From: Sphagnum compactum
Lineage: Eukaryota
Reading direction: 5' to 3'
Assembly (NCBI GenBank): GCA_965153455.1
Contig: OZ234493.1
Location: forward strand, 24,356,213-24,420,212
DNA: 64,000 nt
The notes beneath the pieces were generated by a model. That model was given only the letters and a program-made list of their open reading frames with translations. It made no database searches and was not told where the DNA came from. A program made the position numbers and the translations under genes. The first letter of the stretch is position 1. The number at the start of each line of letters is the position of its first letter. Positions 48,301 to 60,889 of the stretch are shown here, piece by piece.

Positions 48301-51300
48301 CATTGAAATGTGGAACCTCCTTGTCATGGCGACCACTCTTTGCAAGTGTAACAATTGCCAATATGATCATCCTGCAAGCAATGTGAAGAAGGCATGCATG
48401 TCTGAATGGGAACAAGTTGCTTCCAGTGTTTGCACGCATACAAATTGTAAACATTATGAAAAGAAAACTATGGCATCCATGCAATCACTCCTGGAAGGGA
48501 AGTGACATACGTGTACAGACATATGTTCCGAATAGCCTGCATCATGCACACACAATTATGAATAAGATGGCATGTCCACAGAAACCAAGCACCATCCCCA
48601 GAATTCTTTTATTTAACTGGCTGAGAAAATAGCTATGTTTTCTTGGGATCAACGTGTTTGCCAAATACCATTCAGTTATAGCAATCTAAGGTACACAGAT
48701 GCCAGTGCATCTGGATGTGCATCATTCTGCACCATACATGACAAGATGCTGCTCCCACTCCATGGGGTTAGCTGCAGTGGGTGCCTCTGGTTTAAACTTT
48801 GGGAAGACAGCTAAAAGCAGTACATATACTTGCACACCAAGTGTTGATCAGCACATACCATTGTCATGATTTGCAACAGCTTCGTCTTTTGGAAATCAAA
48901 AAAGCTGCACAAAAATCCCCACACTGAGATGAGGATTGTGAAGTGCCATAAACCAACACAAGTATACCCTGAACAACCATAAGCATAATTGTAGAACTAC
49001 TTACTGATGGTTTTTTGACTTTCATGTCAGGACTGGAAAGTATAATAAGGAAAACATAATCAATACCAGAATTCCTTCCTCTTCTTCAGTTACATGCTGT
49101 GTACATGTCACAACAAAAGATAAAGTTTCGAGACAATAGCAAACTGTGGGACAAGAAATGGATGCAACAGAATAGATGGAGAGAGAGATGTCACCATAAT
49201 GGGACACTGAAGACAACAAAGAGGACCAGATACATGTCAAATGTCCATGGAGCCGGAGTGGGTCCAGAGAAGAAGCCCACCAGGGAACGGGCCACCATGG
49301 TGCTGTAAATGACCGAATCTCCAAACAAGTAGAGCTGTGTATGCATCAAAACACCCAATGCCCACCCCCGATACTGACATCAGGCAGATGAACCTCTCTG
49401 AAATAGATGGAAAGCACCAGTACCCATATGCCAAAAGGACACTAAGACTCATTTGCGTTCACAGTCAAGACTATATCTTCAAAGCCCTTATGTTTGCTGG
49501 GATCCATGAACTCTACATGAAAAACTCATGCAGTTCAGAATCAGTCTCACACACAAAAGTTGAATCCAGTTCCACAGCAACTGTTTAGATCATGTATTGG
49601 AATAATACTTACAATCAAGGCTGTATAGAAAAATATAATTCCCCATTGGTTAAAGAAGAGACCCTGCAGCCAGAAAACTTTGTCTTAGCAGCAGTGACAG
49701 TGGACCAAAGCACACATCTTCCACTTAATGACAACTGGAAATGACAGTAGCATTGAATCTGTTTACAAAAGATTTAAGTAACCTATGCAGCTCATAATGA
49801 CTAGTTAGAGAAACTTTTAGGCTGAAGAGCATACTGCCATTTCACCCAACTCTGTCCGTTTTGCAATCTGGAACAGCTGCCTATCACTTTGTTGTTGAAG
49901 AGCATGTGACTCATCATTTGGAGTTCCATCCTCCAGCAGCATTTCTGAGGCTTCAATGGCTAGTAGGGTGTGCTCTTCAATGCCATTCTTCTCTCATCAG
50001 ACAGGTTGCACCATGAACAATTGGCAGAATGAGTTGTTAGGAAACATTGCATGAAACAATCTTCAGATTCTATGCAAATTGTTGTTGCAGAACTGCATGC
50101 AACATTTCAAAGTGATCAAACCAGTAGAAACATGACTTTCTAAGCAGCACATTCACATTAATAAGGACTGACCTTATTTTCAAGCCGAATCAGGGCATTT
50201 GCAGTGGCCATTGCCTCCAGCATGAACGTCACTGTAACAAAGCTGCAAAAAAAAGTTGGATTCACTGTTACCAATTGTAACAAACATAAAATAGTTCCCA
50301 CTGATCTCATCCTGTGACTCTTGGCATGGACCCATCATTTTAGTCAACATCCAGTACAAGTCACAGCCATGAAAAGTGCTACACTTTGACAGCATTATAC
50401 AGAGAGACAGAGAGCAAATGCTGCAGCCATGTCAAGAAAGTGATCACAAACATGGTACGCAAAGCAGATAACATACTGCCAAAATTTTGGCATAAAATGC
50501 AAAGGTTTTTAGCTGATGCTTTGCAAATGTACATTACAGTCAGTGTAAAACTGGTTGATCTGTACCTGCAGAAAGAAACTAACACCAGGAAGAGGCCACC
50601 CAGAAACTGCAATCCAATGCAACAAAACCTCAATTCTCGAAGTTGCAACTTGATCACAGTTTCTAATGATATTATCAACTTGACCATAACTCTACCAAAT
50701 GAATGATTTTTGGACTAGGGTTAAAGCAAATCTGCAATTGCAGCTACAAGTGCTCACTCACAAGAAGCAAAACAGAAGGTATCACTAGATATCTCTTCAC
50801 CCTTGTCAAAGGCTATCTTCTACTTCTCAAAGGTTGGCTGGTACTTCACTTAACTCTAGAGGCAAGGTAGTAGTTGAAGGCTCCATACTTTGGATCGCTG
50901 GTTGATGATACCAGTACACCACCACCTATTGCAGCTGGTTTGACTACTGTGACAAAGTGACATCTAGAATGGATCTTGCAACAGTTTTGAACCCAACAAC
51001 CCCTTTGCAAGGTGTGCCACAACCCCTCACCATATGGTTGGGGGAGAATTGCCTTGAGGCTCACCTTGCAAAGAATTAACAACATGTGCTCACCTTGATC
51101 CTCACAAAGAAAGAGATCCTCACATTGCATCTCAAAACTCAGAATTGCACAAACATGCACCAACTATGTGTACACTGCAACAGAAGAGAGAGAGAGGGAT
51201 ATACAGAGCAAAACACAGAGAGTGAGAACCATCACGCACCCAGCCTCCCGTGATGAGAACAGATGGTAGTGCCAAAATGCCTGTGCCAACAACCAGATTG

Positions 51301-51897
51301 AAAACATAGCTGCATCCTCCCAATGCCCCCCACCCCCATCGCCATTATCTCAGTGCACTCTTCTCTCTACCAAACCCTCCACGGTGATCTCTTTTTGTTC
51401 TTTCCTTTTGGATCACATTCTGTGCCCTAAAACTCCATAGCTGGATTCTTCTTCAGAGCTCCAACTACCAAAACTCACTCAGAACCTTCCCAATACTAAG
51501 AAATCCCTTTCCTTATTACTCCTGCCACAAAATAACCAAACCCTAAAATCCCCAACACATGAAGAGCTTCACAGGGTCCATATATATATATATATATATC
51601 TCACTTCCACCCACCACCACAAATGTTTGTTTTCCAGCTCTTTCTTGCTTCAAAGATACCCCCACCCATCTCGATCGATCTCCAATCTTCTTCACCGAGG
51701 GATTGATTTTCCTCCTCTTTCACAAAGTGGATCATCCCAGAAGAAAAAAAAAATACCCACACAAATGTAGAAATACACATGGATTCATATACATAATACA
51801 GAGCTTCCGATTTCCATGGGAGAGATAGATTCATTTCATTTACATACATGCAAGCGACCGTGGGCGAATACTGAGACCCGTGATTATTTTCTTCCAT
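45310..51897 (-). CDS. TMEM104: TMEM104-like (Aa_trans/SLC38-related) amino-acid transporter, many exons; 5' exons 51897-51848, 51309-51240, 50606-50566, 50242-50173, ~49987-49835, 49663-49613, 49334-49281; last exon ends at 45310
   Basis: Spliced N-terminus MEENNHGSQYSPTVACIYVFNLVVGTGILALP...GW; FVTVTFMLEAMATANA; RTELGEMAGLFFNQWG; LYLFGDSVIY; FDFQKTKLLQ; LSSNFPMLSITLRNNL; C-terminal HASPFSGQCWVFVILIWA. These parallel animal TMEM104 motifs. Middle exon boundaries are not all resolved. Confidence 0.88.
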
Positions 51898-52380
51898 GTT
51901 CGCTCCAGCATTCGCCCAAACCCTTTCGAAACCCTAATCGCCTTCGGCTTGTTGTTGTTGTTGTTGTTGTGGTGCTACATCATTCCCTCGATCCGATCTC
52001 CCCGCGATTCATCACGCAAGCACTCACTAACTCAAAGATTGATGGAGAAGAAGAAGGTGAAAGAGAAGTAGTAAGGATCAAGAGAAGGAAAAAAGGGATA
52101 TTGGAAAGCTCTGCATCATCTCTCTCTCAAAAACATTGAAAGATGCACAACAAGAAGAAGAAGAAGAAAGAGGAGTACAAGTTTAGGGAATCAAAAAACA
52201 AAACAAAAGTATATATGTACGTACACACACACACACACACACACATATATTGTTGATTGAAAAGTGCATCAATCTTCTCAGCAACAAACATTATTTTCAA
52301 AGATGAAGAAAAGAAGAAGAAGGTGGTGAAAATAATGAAGTACTTGAAGGTGAAAGAGCACTTGATATGAACTGGTTCAG

Positions 52381-52810
52381 GAGCATCTCCACTGGCGCTC
52401 AGTATGTGACCCTGGCACTGGAAATCTTGAATGAGGTACAGAAATCATATATACAGAGAATTATGATGTGACCCTGAACAAATGTACACAGTCAAATCGT
52501 ATTTTATTGACTGCTGCTCGTTGTTTCTGATTGCGTAGATAGTTTGATTGGTCCAGGTGGGTTGCTCTTAGTAGTTTTCCGTCCATTTGCAGTCCCAGTT
52601 TTCTTTCTGCGGGTGGTGTTGGAGGCAAAAAAACTAAGTACCCAACTCTTAAAACTTGGATCCCTCTGAAAAATTTTAATATTATGGAGACGATGATGAT
52701 GAGCCTGCCAAAATATTTTCTCACATCCGAAAGAAATTTTGGTTCCTTTTCCCAACCCCAAAACCCATAAAACTAAAATTGGGACTGCAAATAGGTGGGA
52801 GTAGTCGCTA
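52381..52810. mobile_element. Rearranged fragments of the same Tourist-like MITE family
   Basis: TIR gagcatctccactggcgctcagtatgtgaccctg at 52381; internal segment tttgattggtccaggtgg...tttgcagtccca at ~52543; an oppositely oriented segment ...cccataaaactaaaattgggactgcaaataggtggga at ~52765. Confidence 0.7.
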
Positions 52811-53301
52811 TGTTGAAGACCGCAACAGAATATGCGGTGGGCCCTGGCAGGACTGTCAGATTGCATGGGGATCGCGGTTTGTCTCTCGACTGTCGTGCTA
52901 CCCCGTGCAACTGTCGTGCCGCCCGGTTCTGGTCTAAACTGGATTATTCTAATTGGGTGCAGTTAGTTGACCGTTGGTTTGGGTTTTGACTCTGGATCGA
53001 TCTTTGTTCTTTTGGGGATTTTTTTTTTTAATGTAGCCAAAGTGGCGATCGTCTCTAAAATGATTTAGCCAAAAATATGGCTATAAACCAGCCGTTAATT
53101 AATCCTTCTACATTTTGGCTACATATTGAAAACCAAATGTAAAACTATCTGACTTTTTTTTTCTTTTTCTTTCTCACTTTTGGTGATAAGGCTTTCTTCC
53201 AAAACCGTTCTTCATTTGTGAATTTTTTTTTGCGTTTTAGTTTCGCATTTTGGCAAAGTTTTGCAAGATAAAACGAGGGTGGGTGGTTTTGGGTTTCCTT
53301 A

Positions 53302-53640
53302 GAGCATCTCCACCGGTGCTGATGTACTTGACCCTGCATATAAAAATCAGATGAAGAAAAGTCAAAATATGCCAGTTTACCTCAGGAAAATGGATTTGCT
53401 CCTGCATATGTCCTGAGTTTGCTAAGGCTCGTAAAATGTGTAGCAAGTAAAGCTGTTGCAGAGGCTAGAGAAGAGTGTAATAAACATGATCTGACTGCTG
53501 AACCCTGTTTTTGACTGGCCAAGGTCCTGGTGGTTTACTATTAGTAGTTCCCACATATTTGCAGTCCCACTTTCAGTTTTATGGGTGGGGTTGCCGAAAA
53601 AGTAAATAACTAAATTCGAATGTGAGAAATGTTTTTGCGC
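53302..53640. mobile_element. Further copy of the Tourist-like MITE (inverted relative to 36679-37012), one TIR lost
   Basis: gagcatctccaccggtgctga...gaccctgca...gatgaagaaaagtcaaaatatgccagttt...tttgcagtcccactttcagttttatgggtg...atgtgagaaat aligns by eye with the reverse complement of the intronic MITE. Confidence 0.8.
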
Positions 53641-54499
53641 CATCTCCTTGGCTTCTACTTCTACTCCAAAAAACTAGTACCTTAATGTTCCACCCATGCA
53701 CACGCACACATAGAAATAACTTTTTGATTTTTCCATATAAACACCCCCCCCCCCCCATCCTTCATTCCTTTTCCAAAGGCACCAAATACAACAAAATAAA
53801 AACTCCTCCCAATGTGGTAGAGAGAGCTAGAGTGAAAAGCAAAAACAAAGATAGAAGAATGATCTTCGCCTTTCCTTTATGATCCAAATATTCCATCATT
53901 CTTTTCTTAAAAATAAGATGTATCTCCTTCCAATCTTATCCTCTAAGTTTTATTTTTAGTTGCAAATAGTTAATCAAGTAACACCTTTTAAAAACTAATT
54001 AAAATTATTTAGTCACTTACTAACTTAGTGAAAGTAATAGGCAAACCTATCACTAGTAACTTTAAAAGTTATCAAACTACCTTACTAACTTAACTAAGAA
54101 ATTTTTTACAAGTAAAACTTGCTTCACTTACATTGAAGTTTTGCAATGTCCTCTAATGAATCACAAGGTGGTTTAGCACATGGTAACTCTTCAACTACAA
54201 GAAGATGAGAAAGATGCATAGGCTTTGATATTGAGTGAACCACATTTGCTACTAGGCTAATTGAATTATGTGGGGGATTTCAAGTCGCTTGTCATACCAA
54301 CATCTAGCGCCGTTTCATTTTGTCTACCAATAAAAATGTTGCTAGTAAGTAGACAATGTATTGATGTTCATCAAAACCCTACAATTTTTTTAATTATAAA
54401 ACACTCTTCATGTTTGAAAAATGCACAAAGGTATTAAAAACAAGGGATGATTTAAATGACATCAAGTTAGTACAAACTAGAAGTAAAAAATTCTCCATC

Positions 54500-57450
54500 T
54501 CAACAACCAACCACTTGTAATGAATAAACCATGGCGATGGGGTGTGTGTTTTGAAGGGGTGGAAGTCAAGAAGTAGATAGGCTTACTGCTACCACCTGAT
54601 TTAAAATGAAGGATGCTTACATCCTTTGCAACGTAATTGAAATTTTTCAATGAAAAAAAACAACTAAAACAAAAAAGGAAGGGCTTTCTGGCCCTTTAAG
54701 GCTCCAAATAGCATTGGCACAATCATGTAAGAACACATTAGCTTGTTTGTGTAAACATCCAAATACTTCAATTGCTAGAAGGAGGAATTGATTGGTGGGG
54801 TGTTGGTCATGGTAGCTCTTTTCTTTAGCTTAAACTGCATTGGAGGTAATAATCCTTGAGTTGTGCAAGATCAAGGAAATAAATATGCATGTGTTGGGTT
54901 AACTATGACAACATTAGTTAAGCAATGGATATCTTTGGCGACCACAATGTTGACTTGTTGACGAGAGGAATTGAATGTGGTGGAGGGAAATGCATGTAGT
55001 TGTTTTCATCCCATGTGGAAGCCAACATTTCACGTAATGGCAACAAAAGTGTCATGAACTACATCATACATCCCTGTGCGCTCATTGCCATGGGCGTAAT
55101 GTAAGAGGTGGATACCCATAGGGTCAATGGGATGTGGGGGCACACATCAAGGGAGGCCTACAATTGAAAGATGTGATAATCTGAACTATGTTTGAAGCAT
55201 TGTGAAGAAAATTGGGGAAAATAAGTGAAAGGTTAAGAAAATTAGTTGAATTATAAGTCAAACGCCCACCCCAGGGCCGAAACATGATAAGATTTGGGCA
55301 TGATGGGTCTCAAGTATCCCATCAAAAACCATGCTAGAAAAGGTATGATGGTGCAAATGCTCCAAAATGGAATTTTGAAGATGAACCATTTATTGTCTAA
55401 TGAATTGTTCAAAAAGAATAAAACACACATGTGTTGGGACAATAGAAGATTGCATGTTGCTTTGAGGTGTTGTTACAAAAGGAAGGTGTTGTTATCAGTT
55501 TGTGTTAAAGCTTCAAAAAGGAAGGGACATTAGTCGACCATGAACTTGGTAGCTATAATTGAAACTACAAGGGCCCAATTCCTTGTATAAGCTGTTAGGG
55601 TGATGTTGGATGTTGATACGAACCATATGCCACCAAAAGTTATTGGGAGAAAGGTTTGTTTACAGGCTAGAGGTCCTTCAGGGTTATCAAAAGGCCTTGG
55701 ACCCAAAAAAACGTTTAAAGACATGAAGGGGGGAAAAGTAAAAAAAACAAAGGAATTTGTGAAGGTGGGGGAGGGAGATGTGCAACATAATAGATATGAT
55801 GGCCATTGTGCGTAACAATGAATTAAGATTATAAAAACTACCGAAACATTGCTTAATTTAGGGAAAAGGTCAACATGCCGAACATATTTTTTAACAAGGT
55901 ATTTTTTTATGAAAGATGATTTAAATGATGAGGTGCTTAATGGAACACCCAAGATTTTAATTCCTTTTGATAGTGTGTTAAACTAAAATGGGGCTTGAAA
56001 TTAAGCAATAGACCAAAGGGGAACCATGTTATACATTTTTTAGGTTGGATATAAAGACTTATTGCATGAAGTTCAGTGTGAAAGTGTTTGTTTGCAAAGG
56101 ATACATTGGAGGGGGGGCCAATGATGTGAGTGTCGTCTGTAGTGGATGGAAATAAATAAGAAGGGAAATGGCTAGTTGTAGAACGTAGTGCCCTGAAGTG
56201 AGTTAAGGTAAATAATGCCCCTCCCAAAGGATCACATTGATAAGATTTTTTGGCAAATGGGATGACCATAACATTGCCATCATAATTATGATGATTATAA
56301 AATAGGGGAAATTCAAATGCATAGAATGCACGAACAAAGGGGATAAGTTGAATGATGTCTCCACTTGTTACATGAAGTTCCTGAAATATGACCCCTCTAG
56401 ACACCAAATTGAAAGCATTTGCTACATCTAGTTGCAAATTAACCCAGTTGGGGTGAAGGTCTAAGTTGCACTTGATGCCATGGATTATTGTTTCACATCC
56501 ACTCTTGGTTGTTGTTTGGAATTGGTGTGGGGAAAAATGTGTTGCAAAAGCATTGTGAAATTAAAAGCATAAAACAAGACTTGTGAATCAATACAATGTT
56601 TCCCCTACGGCAATGGGATGAACTTCATTTAAAAGCTTGGTCATGGCTACAAGGTGGATCGCCCCAAGGATATGTGCAATTTGATATGGAATGTGACCTT
56701 GTGTAATATGAAAGCAAGGTTGAAAAATTTATGGGAATCCACTTGTGAGATCTTTTGGGTGAAAACAATTTTAAAGGTGTTCAAATACCATCCCAAAAGG
56801 ACCACTTACAAATAAATTCAAAATGTGTTGAAATGATAACTTAAAGGAGTTAGATGAAAGTTCAAGGTTTTGGTCTAATTCATGGTCTTCCAAAAAAAGT
56901 GGGGAGAAACTGTCTAATTCAAAATGTAAAGTGATGAGAGTCAAGGTGGTGTTGGAGGACATGGGTGTCGGAGAAAATGGTGCCAAAATGCATGCTATTC
57001 AAGAATATTCTCTTGCACATCCAAGGATTAAATTGTGAATAAAGTATTTATGAGTTGGAAGATCATGTTAGGCAAGAGGCATTGAGCTCGAACTTGTTAC
57101 TAAAGCTTGGGCCCATTAAAAAAATTCCTTTTGTAAGTTTTCCCAATCATTTGTTAAAAAATGTTTGAATTGGATCCTTGTTTCCTTATGCCTAATGACC
57201 CTTTTCGATGGGCAAAGCAAGACACCACGGGGGTAACAGGAAAAACAAATGTTAAGTTACCACACCATAAAGTAACACCTGACTTCAATTTCAAAACATT
57301 TTTGCTAATAATAGCCTTATTGTTTAAACATAAAAATGAAAATATTAACAAAATTTCGAACAATTTTTATTCTTGCAACCCCATTTATTTACATGGAAAT
57401 GACATTCCCTTGTTAGCATGTTTTCTTGATGATGTTTGCTCGTCATGTGT
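54500..57450 (-). mobile_element. Degenerate non-LTR retrotransposon with RT plus C-terminal zinc knuckle/RLE endonuclease (CRE-like clade)
   Basis: RT motifs QLDVANAFNLVSR, Q(C/G)DPLGGALF, TDDTHIIG and LGVPL. Downstream: PIDPMGIHLL..AHGNERT..YDVVHD, QVNIVV...TNVVIVNP, KEKSY...QFLLLAIEVFGCLH. Many stops and frameshifts. Confidence 0.82.
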
Positions 57451-58559
57451 CCATTCCAACATACCTTAAATAAGGAAAGATGTTTAGAAAACAATAGTTG
57501 AAATGATTAAGAATGAAGGGTTGAAAATTTCATGACACGTTCCTCACCACCAATTGGATTTCAACATCAAAGATGGACCACATTCTGACGAAATTTTTGA
57601 TAAATCCAATCAAATTACCTATCTATTAGTCCATTTTACTTCCACCGCAACTACAATTTTGATAGCAAAGTTTTGTTTAAACATGACTGAGGTTGAAATG
57701 ATTAACAAGAATTTGTTACACAAGCTAAATGAGTGTTCAACATCCCCAAAGGGATAAAGATGAGGAAATTAGGGGAATAACATGAATTTGTTACACAAGC
57801 TAAATGAGAGCTCAACATCCCCATAGGATAAAGATAATGAAACTAAGGAAATGAGCTCATTGGAAAATAATGATTATCACTATGCATTGTCCTAAACAAA
57901 GTCTCTTGATACTAAAAAGTGGGATTAGATTCCATGATTTATTCTTGTTTTCAAAATGTGGTTATCATAACATAAACTAGATCTCAATGATAACATATAT
58001 ACCTACATCAAATTTCTATAGGGTTTCAATGATGACACTATACTTGCATCAAATTTGTACAAGGTTTCAAAAAGAACATATATACTATATGCCCAAATCA
58101 AATTTATACAAGGTTTCAAGGGCTAGAATTAGCAAAACAATGTCCCTTAGTTGTGTAGCACTTCATCCTCATGAAACTCAACCATGTCCATATGATTGTG
58201 CCTTCACCCAATAGTGTTATAAGCTCATTAGACCAAATGATATTGCACCAAATGAATGCATTCACATCATCAGCTAAAAACACGAGTTCCCACCATGGCA
58301 AAATTAGAAGATATAGTTCCAACATAACCAAAATCCATTCCAACTTGCCCAACAAGTTGCAAGTCATTTGAAATACCGATGCTATAATGATGTGAATGAG
58401 GAGTGTAGATTTTTGCTTGGAATTGGAAAGAGGATTTGTGAAAGGTCATGCTTCAGCACCATCAATTTCTATGTTCATTAAACGTACACACTTGCACACA
58501 AAAAATGTCCCTAACTTGACACCTAATGGTTAATCACCAACAAAACCAACAACAAAAAC

Positions 58560-58800
58560 AAACAAAGCCACACAAACTTAAAAGTGATCAAGGATACATT
58601 TGCTAAGTGCACCTAGGTGCGCATGTGCACACAACATTAAAGCCACATGAACTTCAAGTAATCATGGATATAGTTGCCAAGTGCGCCTAGGTGCACATGT
58701 GCATACAATATCAAAGCCACACAAACTTAAAGTGATCCAAGGATATGGTCGCCAAGAGCACCCAGGTATGCATGTGCACACAACAACATCAAAAACACAC
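58560..58800. repeat. ~74-bp tandem repeat, 3 copies
   Basis: aaagccacac/tgaactt.aagt.atc..ggata...gccaagtgc.cctaggtgc.catgtgca.acaa at about 58564, 58638 and 58713. Confidence 0.85.
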
Positions 58801-60092
58801 ATATCATAAATTGAAAGCAAAACAAAAGACTGAAAAAGGTAAAGAAAGATTTGCATAGTTGTGTATGCACTAGGAGCCATGTTTTTACCAGTTTAGGCGC
58901 AAAAAAATTGTGCACCATAGCTTATATTTAAGACATGTGGTGTCGATGGTGCACCATGGAAACTAGCAGACATACTAAAAAGATGATGAACTTTGTCACT
59001 AAGGTGCAACACCATGACAGGAAACAAATTCTTACTGCATCGCTTCGCCTTCTTTTTTTCCACTTCCCACTCAAGTCATGCACATGAAGTTTAGAGCGTT
59101 GCATATCTGGTGTGGTAAACGAACCAGAATAAACATATGAGAACTAATAAGACATGGGATTTGAGAGAAAAAAAGGGTTGTTGTTGCTCTTTGATCCAAA
59201 AGCATCTAAGACATTGAGAAGAACAAGGGCAGCTGCTATACAGAAAATACATCATACATCACCATTGTCTATACTAAAGAATATGTCACCATAGACAGAC
59301 GCCAGATGAAGTGAGCTAACACATCACAGAAGGATAAAAGCATCTTATGATTTTACCACTCAAATTTGGGCACAGAAAATTGGCATGATTATCAAATAAG
59401 CCCCTGACATACATACCACCATATTTGGAACGAGATTTGCAAGGAGCTTGATGAGTCTTCAGACTACCGGTGAAAATCCCAAGCTTGATTGTAGAGAACA
59501 CAATCAGCAGAACATCTTTCTTTAGTGTTGTACACACACCCCCTTCAGATACAAATCTGTCAAAACCATCAAACTAATCAAAAGAACAAATCAGAACGAG
59601 TGCAACAAAATCATCTGTCAGACCCAGCTAAACAGTACGAATGGGGGCATTTGAGCTTGTCTTGCTGCTTTGAATTTAAAAAAACCCACAAACCCAAATT
59701 CACAGAGCAGTTTCTGCCATCAGTGCAAAACCATCCATCCTGTGATCAATTTTTATAGAGCAGACAGTAGCAATTGTAAGCAGATGTAGTCCAGGCTTTT
59801 TGAAAACACATCCTCTGCAATACAATGGGTCCCCAAATATAAAGTTCTTTTCAAAATTGTGGGGTCACCACCACAAGGTAGCAAGAGCAAATGTTTTTGC
59901 CAGTCCAAAGACAACTTGAACCGAGACCATTTGAGAGGAGGCCTGATCATAAGAGTTGAGACAGTACTCATGCATAATCAAAAGACTCTGAACTAGATCT
60001 AGTACCATCAAGAAGACAAACACATATATCTATCTATCTACCAAAGATGCAGAAAGGTGGGGAAAATAATGTGCAAGCAAGTGGAACCATTC

Positions 60093-60889
60093 TCACTTGG
60101 CAGTCATCAGTTTGATGAACTCCTCATATTTGACTTGTCCAGAACCATCACTATCAGCTTCTCGCATCATCTCATCTACCTCATCATCTGTGAGCTTCTC
60201 ACCCAAATTGGTCAACACATGCCGAAGCTCTGCTGCAGGGATGTATCCCTTCTTCTCTTTGTCAAACACACGGAACGCATTCTTCAATTCCTCCTCACTG
60301 TCAGTGTCCTTCATTTTGCGTGACATCAGATTCAGAAACTCTGGGAAGTCCATTGTCCCTTTTCCGTCTGGATCCACTTCAGTTATCATATCCCGCAGCT
60401 CAGCTTCTGTGGGATTCTGCCCCAGTGAGCGCATCACTGTGCCCATTTCTTTCATTGTGATAATCCCTGCAAGAGCAACACAAAAGTCAATGTAAGGTGG
60501 TGACAACTCTCACAACAGAAGCTCTCTGTCTCTGTCTGTCTATGTCTTTCTGTGATGTGGTTGCATTTCTCTGAACAAGGATACTAGAAAGTCTTCCAAA
60601 TGTATGAGAGTGGAAATCATTTCTCACAATGGGAAATCTGTTTCCAATCCTCAGTTCTCGGAAGGATGGAGAGAGGGAGAAAGAAGAAAGCATCAGAGAA
60701 GATATCATCACAAAACAAAAGAAAGAAACAAAACCATAGCAGCAGCAGAACAGGGGGGTGTCACTGCCTGCAAGAACAAAAAGACTTTTCAGTGACCCAA
60801 AAAAATACACTACCATCTCCGTCCTTGTCGAAGAGACTGAAAGCCTCCTTGCACTCTGCAATCTGCTTTTCCGTCAGCTCCTGCACCAT
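60093..60889 (-). CDS. Calmodulin-like protein (149 aa, divergent CaM); exons 60889-60814 and 60466-60093
   Basis: [49 protein letters not shown]...[20 protein letters not shown]...[33 protein letters not shown]. The single phase-1 intron lies in Gly26, as in plant CaM genes. Confidence 0.95.

Noticed and set aside
51321-51345. ATGGCGATGGGG as the TMEM104 start
   Set aside because: It is out of frame with YVFNLVVGTG. The upstream exon at 51897-51848 splices in phase and supplies the conserved YSP motif.
54160-54380. Possible tRNA-derived SINE (A-box-like ggtttagcacatggt)
   Set aside because: There is no convincing B-box, cloverleaf or target-site duplication.
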